The translations under genes were made by a program, and so were the position numbers. Below the pieces are notes generated by a model, which was not told the DNA's origin, ran no database searches, and was given only the letters and a program-made list of their open reading frames with translations. From Tubiluchus corallicola (lineage: Eukaryota; Animalia; Priapulida): 64,000 nt of DNA. The first letter of the stretch is position 1. Each line of letters begins with the position of its first letter. Positions 54,501 through 64,000 of the stretch are shown in pieces. The stretch covers positions 186,001 to 250,000 of the forward strand of contig JAQGDQ010002382.1 of NCBI GenBank assembly GCA_030141605.1, read 5' to 3'.

Positions 54501-57500
54501 AATCATTATTTTTGGCACAGAAATTGAAACTGGGAGCCTGCCATAGCAAAATTTTATTTGAATACGAATCGCTGAAAAATATGTTTGAAAAAATATCGGT
54601 CCATGGTGATTATTTTTGCAACGATTTCCAATTTCCCGGACTTTTCACCCCATTTTCATCATTTTCCCTGACTTTTCCATGACTTTCCAGGATAGCCTGC
54701 ATTTTTAAGGATTTTCCCTGACCGTGGGAACCTGAGTGGAGCATGCATGTGACGGAAAAGGAGAGTAAATATTTCTACTGACATTCATAAGTTCTTATCA
54801 AGGTTGTAGAGTTGTGTTTAATTTGACAAGATATATTCAATGTGAATTTTCTTTTATATTTAAAATAAATCGAGTCCAAAAAATGTTGCATGATTTTAAT
54901 AAGTAAAACTGAACTGTTACTGTCACCTTGAATAATTTTCAACTCACCAAGAACACTGCATTTATATGTCTGCATCTGCATCTGAGCAGCCTGATTTTCT
55001 GCCTGCTCTAATCGGGTTGGCATTTTCAGGCCTCCGTACTTCTTCCAGTATGTCCAGCAGTTGGCACAAACACGACAGTGCAGGTGCGATGCACCCCAAG
55101 CATACCTGGGAAAAAAAACGTAAATAAAAATAGTGAAGTTCAACACAATAATTGCAGAAGAATTTAAAGTCAACAAACTGATCATTAGTGCCTTGGAATA
55201 TTTTATACAATTTGCCACTCAGTACGCCAAGTTCAAGCCACTAGTAACAAGGATTATGTATTTTGACATGCATTTTTGAGGATAGAAGCTTCTCACAGTA
55301 TCCTTTAAGATGAGAAATTGAACTGCTCATTTTTATTTATTTATTTTTAGTTATTACGAAAACACCAAACAACAATACAATATAGCAAAACACATTACGA
55401 TGACAAGGTGTACATAAGATTATATAATTACATTAATTTCATAATAAAATTGGCATGACATGATATCATTAATGATGCAGGTGTTAGGGTGCAAAAAGGG
55501 AAGGTAAAAAATGATGGACTGATAGTGTAGGAGATGGGAATTAGTACGATTAGGTTAGTGAAATGATGTGGATTAGTTGAATATGAGATTGCTATTAAGA
55601 CATTGCAAAAATATATATATATATTTATGAACAGAAGTACACTATCGGCCAGTCTGTCACTCACTGTAAATCTGAACATACGCGTGAACATACTATACAA
55701 GGTCAACCTTTAATTCGCATTAAAGAATAAAGTTTTCAAACTTTTTTTGAATCTTGGTAACGACGAAGTTGAATTAGTACTTGCAGGTATTTTGTTCCGC
55801 ATGGTTATTGTCTCTTTACCACATTTGGAAGCACTTATCTCAAGAAATCTCTGACAGATAAACCCAATTGCCAAAACAGCTTACCACTGATGTGAAACAC
55901 TGGTAAAGCAGCTTTCACACGCACGAGAATCGACACCCTCAAATCCATTTCTTTGGCCCTGAATTGCTGCAGGGTTAGGTTTGTTGTAGTTTGGAATGTA
56001 CACTTGTTTCAACTTGCTTTCTGCCTCAACGGCTTTTACACGTTTCTGCTGTACATAACGGTCTGTTGTTTTCCACATGTAGTAGTATCTGAAATAAAAA
56101 AATGGATCACATAGAGTATAAAAAAACATAAAATTTTGAATGATCACCCAACGAAAAGATCGACGCTGGTCTCCACCAACTATGGCTTCGAACAATAACC
56201 TTTATTGAAAAATACTAAGCTAGAAAATTAATGCAGTGTTTGTGTTCTTTTTAAACAACTTTCACTCTTATAATTTCCAAACACACTTTTTTATCAAAAA
56301 ACCATTTTACCATATTTCCAAGAAACACTTAAGCTCTTAAAAGGTTTTTCAGACCTAATATTATATTACTACTCCTTGCAAAATAAAATTATGGATGTAA
56401 AATTGCAATCTAGCACCTGGATGTAAGGTATACCACTAATGTCACACAACTACATAAGGTAAAAGCAAAAAAACTAACCAGTTCTTCATAATTTTAATGG
56501 CTACTCAAGCATCTGTTTATCTTAAGCAACAATTCAATGAACAAACACTTCACAATTAAATAGTACAGCAGGAAATAAAGTTAAGATTATATACTAAAGA
56601 GTGATTGCTCTGAGTTCTAACAATTTCTCATCATTGTTTCATCTGCCATATTGGTGAACTGTTGACAAGTTGGCTTCTGGTAGTGAAATGTCGCAAATCT
56701 TAAATCTATAAACCAAATTTTCAACATTACTGTACATGCGCATACTCTATAATGTTCTTTAAAGATTTCCATGGTAAGAAGTCTTGTCTAATGTCACCAA
56801 AATCTTTTCCGTATTTCTCAATGGCTTCTTCAAAAAGATTTGCTTCGGCAGCCGACCACTCCTCCATTTCATCGCGACACAAGACTGGGCCACTTGGTGG
56901 CACAAGTGTTGAAATTGCCTTTGAGAGATCGTAACCTATAAAAAATACACTCTAGCAAGACGTTGTTAACCGCAAAAAAAATTAAAAGTACATTATTGTA
57001 TTAATGTACACAAAAGTGCATTAATTATAATAACTGCAAACAGGTTAACTAAACTGTGTAAATAAAATTTAGCTATATTTTTCTATCTAATAAAAAATAC
57101 CACTCTATAAATTACAGAAAAGTAACAACATGAGACAGGCTTTCCAACGTTCACTACGTTTCAAACTTCAATTATAGAAACCTTGATAAAATCCTCAAAA
57201 ATCATACTCACTGCTAACACATACTGTGTTTTAAATATAGTAATTTTTAAATAAAAACTGTCATTTCAAAGGCACCTTTACACTAACAACCAATAAATTG
57301 GTTGGTTACTATTAATTTAAGCAAGCTTAGACAAATTTTTTTAAGTTATATCGGATACAGTATATAGTTGCAGCTAGTACTTTGGCCAGAAATCTAAGCT
57401 CTCTAAAGCTAATACAGTAGGTGTCACTTAATAGACTCACTTTGGGACCGAAGTGTTTTTGTCCAATTAACCGACTGAACCTATTAACCGATGGGTACAG

Positions 57501-60500
57501 TATTACTGGTATAGAAGTATGAGTCAACAGCTTACTATGCACTGCAAATGTTTTAATGAATTTTAATGGATCTGCTGTTGTATGATCACGCATAAATTTT
57601 CGAAAGAAATACTTAGTGTTTGGCGTGCTTAAACTGTTAGTGGTGCCCGTGTTTCCCCGCAAGTAGCTTCGTCGGTAGGTTCGCCTAAGCTCCTGCTTGC
57701 TATAATTGTGACATACTTACTGTACTGTGTAACTACGGCCAAATCACGTTGAAAACACCGGTTCTCATCTGATCACCGAAGTTAAGCAACATAGAGCCTG
57801 GTTAGTGCGCCTAGGAATACCAGGTGCTGTAGGCTTGCGGGATGCCCACACTGTATCTCGACACTAGGCAAGGAGCTGCACAAGCAGCCAAAGACTAGAG
57901 GGCGGAGGAGGTCAAGTGACTCAATGGCCATGTGTAGAGGAGTAAACCTTCCAAATCAGGAGTGGAGCCCCGAAGGCGGACCAGTGTGCAGTGTGCTCAC
58001 TGACTCCGGCAGCTCCTGCAGCCAACTTGGTGCCAAACGTATCGCCCCGCTTTCCTTTGGACTACACCAGGGATGCCAGCAACTGTACTGTACCTGCATC
58101 CAGCAACATCTAACTGATAAGACATTCTGGCAAAAATAGTCAGAGCTTCAAAAACAAATCGCTAAGCAAGTGACTAAATGTTTAGCTTTCAAGAATTCTT
58201 GGGTAACCAGGTTAATTGCAGTGGCCAGGCGGGTCAAAGCAAACCATTAGGCTAGCATATTAGCATATGATAAACGTTCCTGCTTATAAACAAAACGGTA
58301 CTTAACATGATTGTTTCTTATGTATATTATAGGACAAAAGCGAACTAAGATGATATAAAAGTCATAAAAGCTTATTAATCATGGGAAAGTGTCTTATTGA
58401 ATCATGTGAAGCAAAAATATTGATTCAATTATGCAGAGTTATTTAAGTCAATTACCGACAGTATTTATGTACATTTCAATAGAAGTGGCCCGTACCAGGC
58501 GTTTTTGAGTCAATTAATTGATTGAGTCTATTAACCGTGAGTCAATTAAGTGCACCTACTGTATCAATTTAATAACCCGCGCCTACAAAGTTATTAAAAC
58601 AGAAAAGAAATATTAGCAAACTAATCAACTAAGGTGTTTACCGGACAAGTGCAATACATTCATTGCATGGAATAAAGTTACATCTCTAGAAGCAGCAGCC
58701 GCGCTCATGTGCAGACTCGGCTGTTTGACCGTACTAGAACAATCTAAAGCACGAGCAAATGTTCCCACTGACCGAGCAATGACCATAAACTGGTCAATTT
58801 GAATATCAGATAATGGATTCTCTGGCGTGTAAATAAGACTTTCCAGTTCAGACACAACACGATTGTCAGATTCACCTAAAAACAGACAAACACATTAGTA
58901 CAGCAAGTCTTCACTTAACGACGCTAATGCACTCCAGCAAAATGTGACATTAAGCGAAACGTCGTTAAACGAAACCAAGACTTCCATGGAAAGTAATGTA
59001 AAAGAATTGAGATACGTTCCAGAAGCAAAAATCGATGCTGCTTAAATTGTATACATCAAATGTTTTATGAGTTTTATTCATATTTCTACTGATTAATTGC
59101 CAGAAACCATCTATCTTTCTTACCAAAATCTAGCTAGACTGGATATGGGTCTATTGAAACCTGTATACAGACAGTTCACATTTAAACAATGCAAAGAGAA
59201 GGCCTAGCCCTGCATGAAGCCATCTTGAGGCAATTTCAGGAAGTATTAATCTGGTTGTTATAGCAACAAGTTGCACACAAAATTCCTTGGCATCAAGTTT
59301 AAACTCAGGTGTCTGGAGACTGGATCGGCAAATAGATCTTCATACAAGCGGCTAGAATTTAGTACGCAGATAGTTGGGAACCAAAAGCATTATAATAATT
59401 ACACTGTTTGGGTTACTAATGTGCTTTTAGAACAAAATTATGCAATTTGCATGGCTTTTATACTCCAAATTAGGCAAAAAAAAGTTGTTGATAAAAAATG
59501 GTTGTCAGCAACTTAAAAAATCGTCTTTAAAACGAAACGTGTGTCGTTAAGTGAGAAAATGGTGTCAAATGTTCAGCGGTGTTAAAACGAAACGTTGTTA
59601 AACGGGGAGTCGTTAAGCAAGGACTTGCTGTAAATGAGAACTGAAAAGATATGGCTTCAGAATAACAAGAAAGCTCTGAGGGCATTGTGTTCCGTGCAGA
59701 TTGATTTGTGACATTTTGTTGCTATTTTCTCCCTTTCAAGTGCAAAAAGGAAAAGCTGACTAAATCACTGCACACGAAGCCATATCATAGTGCGATATCA
59801 CGAACATTTCAGTGTTTTCTGAACTTAATCATGCGCTGAGTTGTCTGTATTTTTCAGATTAATGCAAATATATGTCATGTAAGCGAAGATCTTGGATAAT
59901 CTATGACTTCATGCACCATTTTAATTCCTTTCTTTTTGCATTCAGTTGTCTCTGAAGTTTATACACTTGTCAAAGGCTCACTAAAACAATCTAGTAGAAA
60001 AAGCCTTCTGACTGCTTTTTTGCACTTTTTTTCTGAACTTTTTTAGTAAAAAACAGATCTGGCAATTGATAAGCGCACAAAAGCAGATGAGTCAAAATAT
60101 TTTAGAGTGAAGACAATGTTGCGAGGTGCAACAAACATAAAACATATTGCAATAAAACATCTCAGAAATGTGTTCAATACCGATATTACGATTCTTGTTT
60201 TTAGGCTGGTAAATTATAAGAAATATTTACATCAATTGCAAAACACACATTGCTTGAATGTAACAACTGAAAAGCTTATTCTCACAAAAAGTAATTTATG
60301 TAACATTAAATTACCTTCTCCAAGAAGGTTTTGTATCTCAGCTTGGAAGTTGCTCCCAACACGTATTTCTCCTTTATCAGCTAGCAAAGTTTTCTGCGTC
60401 GGATCATAGACTAATGAGTAGAAGAAAGCATCATCTCTGTCTAAGTAGCTGTTCAACGATTCAGTCTCATTTAGTAAGGCAACCGAGCATTTACCTCTGA

Positions 60501-62978
60501 TATGTGTGGCAGGGAGTGTTTCAACCTAAATACAAAATAAATTGTGATAAGCACAGTTTAGATTGTTGTAACTTGAGCTTGTTAACGAAGTTATATTGAA
60601 GTTCATTTCTGAACAAATTCTGAAAGTAAGCAATTAATCAAGTTAAGCATTTTATCATTACTAGGGTTCAATCAAAAAATGCTTCTTAATAGTGTTTCCA
60701 TGGGTACAATGCACCCAAGTAATTCATCACATTGTTTACTACCAGTGCCTGATAGTTCTACCCAATTCACACAATGAAAATGCAAACGTTATTGTTAAGA
60801 CGATATTGATCATTTAAGAATTTAAAATATAAAGGCCACCTTCTGCTGCACACTTCTGCAGTAACAGACAATTAACTGCTGCCTTGGCAGTGCCCAAGGC
60901 TAACAGCCAGATGACAGATGACGCCACTTTTGACATAGAGGTGACTTACAAAAAACAATTCATTACGATGAGGCTAACTATCCAAATAAAACTATTTATT
61001 AAAGGAAAAGCTGATGATTGTTTAGACTCAATCTCATTTTAATTTACTGTCCAAAATATAAATTTTCTTGCCAATGAAAGTTAGCAATTGTCTCTTATAT
61101 TTGAATAATAAGCTTAGAAAGTTAATTAATGGCAACCAAACACAACTATTGCTTACGTCAGAAACTAATCACAGTTTGGGCAATGGCAGGTATCTTCCCT
61201 TGCGTGTCAAGCACATTTACAGTGTTATAGTACTGCGATGTCACGAAAATGGGCTCTATGTCATATGACGTCAGAAACTAACACTGCAGTTCATGATCAT
61301 GGTTGTCACGGTAACGCCTTCTATTTGGCGGTCACATGCATGTGACAAAAAGGCGCTGTTGCCAATCTTAGTAGATTCACTGAGCCGTGCATAGCTTTGA
61401 AAGTTTAACAAAATTTGAGTATCCAAGGCAATTATTATTTAATCTCAGCTTTGATTTAAGAAAAGCTATTATAGTTTTCAATATTTTAGAGCACACTTTA
61501 TTCTGAACTAATGTTTACCCAATCGTCCGGTTTTCCTTTAACAATTAAAAACCTATTTCACATCACTAACAATGATATGAATACTCGGATTTTTTAGTTT
61601 AACAACACACAAAAAGGATAATATTGATTATTTCATTCCCCTAGCCTCTACAAGTATTAATAGACCTCAGCACAGTACCTAGGCTGACATATCTGACTCA
61701 CTGATAAAAGCGTGTAATTAAGTAGTTCAGGAGTCTGACAGAATAAAACAGCCAAATATGGCATGAAGCAAAACATTAACTTTCGTGAGTTTCAGCTCAC
61801 GAGTTGTCCCTCAGCATGCAATAAATGAATGCTTGTTGTTAATGTAACAGTGCAGTTAGTTGACATATACCAACGTTGCTTTTATTTTAATAATATAAAT
61901 GACTTTAATTTCTTCACTGCTGTTGTATCTTAACAATTGTGCACCCAGGTACCCGACAATAATAATAATAATAATAATAATAATAGTAATTTTATCTTCC
62001 TCCATAAATATACAATGATTTGACAATAAAATACACAAAAATACAAACGAACATAGGAAAAAGGGTGGCGAAAAACCAAAGGTTATCGAGTCAACCACCC
62101 TTCTCAAAGGACAGTAAACAAAAGGATGCTAATGACACTAGACACAACTATATTAAAAAATACATAAACGTGCAGAAATACAAAAACAAAAATACAACAG
62201 CAAAAAAAATCAAAAACCAAAAACCATGACAAATTTGCAAACTACTAAGCAACTCATAGAAAGTGAGTTTGCACCTTATAAAAAATGTTTTTTATAAGGT
62301 GTAAGGAAAATGGTATCGGTGTTAGATTTCTTCTGCACTTGTAAACACTACTTCCTAATATTACATTTTGATACTAAGACCTTACACAAAGTTAATTCCT
62401 GAGAAATTATGAACAGATTCAGTAAAACTAAGTGGTTGGAACAAACCTGTAAACATGAAAACTGTGAAAGCATTAAAAATAGATAAAACTGTTTTGATAA
62501 AAATGCTAATCTACTACTATAACACATCTTAACTGCATAAATAATAAATACACAGCTAAATAATAAAAAAATTGACAATTGCTTACCTGTCGGGAAAGAA
62601 AAAGTTCGCGATGCCGCAACTGATGGCTCTGTTTTTCAGACAGTTTATCATCATGCTCTTCTTCAAGAGCACTCTGATGTTTATCTGCCAGCATAAGCAG
62701 GCCTCCGGATATGTCCCGACGTCGATAAAAGCACATAACTTTAGCTTCAACATTTCCTGCAAAAACAGGTTGAGTAGCCAGTATAGCAACAATAACTTGG
62801 GCATATTTTCTACGTGCTTATCAGTGTGCAAGGATACATGCAGGAAATATTTTAAAAAAGTGTTCTACTTGCCCGTTTGTGTTTTATTAAGTTCTTCTAT
62901 TCTGCGAATGAGGAATGGCGATGTTGAGGACGTCTCGAAGAAAACGTAATCGCCGACTCGATACATGTTTGCTGCCAT
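48386..62978 (-). CDS. MTA1: MTA family NuRD subunit (metastasis-associated protein), full gene span, 12 coding exons, 737 aa
   Basis: Starts [32 protein letters not shown], the MTA N-terminus. Exon lengths 106+170+211+234+190+204+158+276+171+144+229+121 = 2214 nt join in frame with consistent intron phases. Ends ...RKIARKPW...DQVVILD*. Symbol denotes the family (likely single invertebrate ortholog of MTA1/2/3). Confidence 0.96.
48645..48873 (-). CDS. MTA1: MTA coding exon 11 (R2 region start)
   Basis: aatag| [13 protein letters not shown]...[23 protein letters not shown] |gtttgt; resembles MTA W.DAP.DVFY.AT motif. Confidence 0.9.
50763..51195 (-). mobile_element. interspersed repeat family B copy (MTA intron 10)
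   Basis: Reverse complement aligns with 1290-1740; terminus TTAA|AGGACAAAAAA at 50763. Confidence 0.7.
51284..51427 (-). CDS. MTA1: MTA coding exon 10
   Basis: ttcag| [16 protein letters not shown]...[14 protein letters not shown] |gtaagt; phase 1-1, 144 nt. Confidence 0.85.
51906..52076 (-). CDS. MTA1: MTA coding exon 9
   Basis: tatag| [19 protein letters not shown]...PREDRVS |gtaagc; phase 1-1, 171 nt, open frame, GC-richer than flanks. Confidence 0.82.
53385..53469. repeat. 42-bp tandem duplication
   Basis: GAAATGGCTTCACTCTACCAATCTATAATTTATAAACTAATA twice. Confidence 0.9.
53615..53890 (-). CDS. MTA1: MTA coding exon 8 (C2H2 finger, R1 RBBP-binding region)
   Basis: tgcag| [21 protein letters not shown]...[29 protein letters not shown]...[20 protein letters not shown]... 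|gttggt. Confidence 0.92.
54272..54734. mobile_element. MITE with CAGGGTTCC termini and 6-bp TSD (hAT-like) in MTA intron 7
   Basis: CAGGGTTCCTAC ... GTGGGAACCTG; AGTGGA at 54266-54271 and 54735-54740; TTTCCATGAC/TTTCCCTGAC subterminal repeats. Confidence 0.75.
54948..55105 (-). CDS. MTA1: MTA coding exon 7 (GATA finger second half, C2H2 start)
   Basis: cccag| [33 protein letters not shown]...TYKCSVL |gtgagt. Confidence 0.94.
55885..56088 (-). CDS. MTA1: MTA coding exon 6 (SANT end, GATA finger first half)
   Basis: ttcag| [39 protein letters not shown]...[13 protein letters not shown] |gtaagc. Confidence 0.95.
56746..56935 (-). CDS. MTA1: MTA coding exon 5 (ELM2 end, SANT)
   Basis: tatag| [62 protein letters not shown] |gtatgc. 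Confidence 0.95.
57415..58561. mobile_element. pogo/Tigger-like (Tc1/mariner superfamily) non-autonomous element hosting the SINE
   Basis: TIRs CAGTAGGTGTCACTTAATAGACTCAC / GTGAGTCAATTAAGTGCACCTACTG, TA on both sides. Confidence 0.85.
57729..58081 (+). mobile_element. 5S-headed SINE, internally deleted second copy (MTA intron 4, antisense to gene)
   Basis: Same head and body as 13470-14041; 10-bp TSD ACTGTACTGT at 57719-57728 and 58082-58091. Confidence 0.88.
58642..58875 (-). CDS. MTA1: MTA coding exon 4 (ELM2)
   Basis: tttag| ...[53 protein letters not shown] |gtaaac. Confidence 0.95.
58901..59630. mobile_element. pogo/Tigger-like MITE in MTA intron 3
   Basis: TIRs CAGCAAGTCTTCACTTAACGAC / GTCGTTAAGCAAGGACTTGCTG, TA TSD, subterminal CGTTAAACG repeats. 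Confidence 0.87.
60315..60525 (-). CDS. MTA1: MTA coding exon 3 (BAH end, ELM2 start)
   Basis: tttag| [70 protein letters not shown] |gtaatt. Confidence 0.95.
60999..61541 (+). mobile_element. Kolobok-like MITE, family A-related subfamily (MTA intron 2)
   Basis: TTAA|AGGAAAAGCTGA ... TCCGGTTTTCCT|TTAA; 5' part aligns with family A (TTAATTAATGGC...CACAACTATT), interior differs. Confidence 0.7.
62587..62756 (-). CDS. MTA1: MTA coding exon 2 (BAH)
   Basis: ttttgcag| (G)[26 protein letters not shown]...[13 protein letters not shown] |gtaagc. Confidence 0.95.
62873..62978 (-). CDS. MTA1: MTA coding exon 1 (BAH domain start)
   Basis: ATG in CAACATGG context; [35 protein letters not shown]+G; donor G|GCAAGT (GC-AG intron). 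Confidence 0.92.
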
Positions 62979-64000
62979 GTTGCTTGTTGTTCACGAGCTG
63001 CAATAACATTCAACATAGGTGTAGTAGCAGCCTGAGTAATAGCCTAATATGTCGTTCGAGAAACCCAGTGAAATGATTTGCTTAACCTATAGTTGAATTT
63101 CATTTTGGGAAAGAAGACAAAGCTCAGCAAAGTAATCACTTATAATGCACTGATTTATAAAACTAAAATTTTCAAATTTTTCTTTTTCAATTTTATTTTA
63201 AAGTATTGCCTATATTATGACAGATCATAAGCTATTGCTGAACTGCACGTAATACATAGGAAAGATTTATGCAGAAGTGAAAAGCGGATACGAAGCAAAC
63301 TTAAAACAGAAAATGATCAGTGAAGTGACATATAGCAGGCCAGCACGACCCATCATTGGTGCAAGTTCGATGAAAGCCAACGATGCTGAAGGACTCGTCT
63401 CCAGTAATCTCACCGTTCATAGTCAGCTTTTATGTTCATGTAAATTATTTCATTTTAATGTGCGAATAAAAAATTGAATTGAATTGTACAATAGGAGTAG
63501 CTTAACCAACGATGAATTACGGATGTGGAAAAGTTACAAGTGAGAACATTAATATTATAGACGCAAATTAAATGAAATTAAAATGCATAACAATATGGTT
63601 ACCAGCGTGTAATTAAGTGTAGCTTTTCCTCTTACAAATAAGGAAAATGCAAATAAAATCGCAGTCTCACAAAAACTTTTTGTTAACACATTTCTTTATG
63701 AAAATTCTATATTAAGAAACAAGAGAACATTCAAAAAAACTGTTCACTTATTGAAGCCGAAGCGCATTGTGGGAATTTGTTTACAAGATGGAGTAAGCGG
63801 TTACTATGTTTTTATCTCATCTATCCTGTTATAGATTTTTATTTTATAGCAAATAAATTGCATGACAGTTTGTTACTTTTTACACGTTTTATTGTTGCAT
63901 GACCGTCAGTTTGTTATGAGCAACATTTTAAGAGTAAACAGACTGATTCGAATACACTTACTATGACCTACAATACTGGTTTTGCTTTGGCTTGGAGTAG

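Overview
AT-rich, intron-containing animal (invertebrate; possibly lophotrochozoan, inference only) genomic DNA. The only protein-coding gene I can support is a complete 12-coding-exon MTA (metastasis-associated protein, NuRD subunit; MTA1/2/3 family) gene on the minus strand, 62978->48386. The exons splice in frame to 2214 nt (737 aa + stop) with BAH, ELM2, SANT, GATA finger, an extra C2H2 finger and two RBBP4/7-binding regions. Its first coding intron is GC-AG. The remaining ~46 kb has no recognisable gene and is a mosaic of microsatellites (which explain nearly all long ORFs in the track), tandem repeats and transposon relics. These include two TTAA-flanked Kolobok-like MITE families, several hAT-type and pogo/Tigger-type MITEs with TSDs, LINE fragments, tRNA-headed Meta-core-like SINEs, a 5S-rRNA-headed SINE with an RTE-derived body (2 copies) and a Penelope-type minimal hammerhead motif. 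No CRISPR array or prokaryotic system is present. All repeat family names come from recalled structural hallmarks, not database searches.
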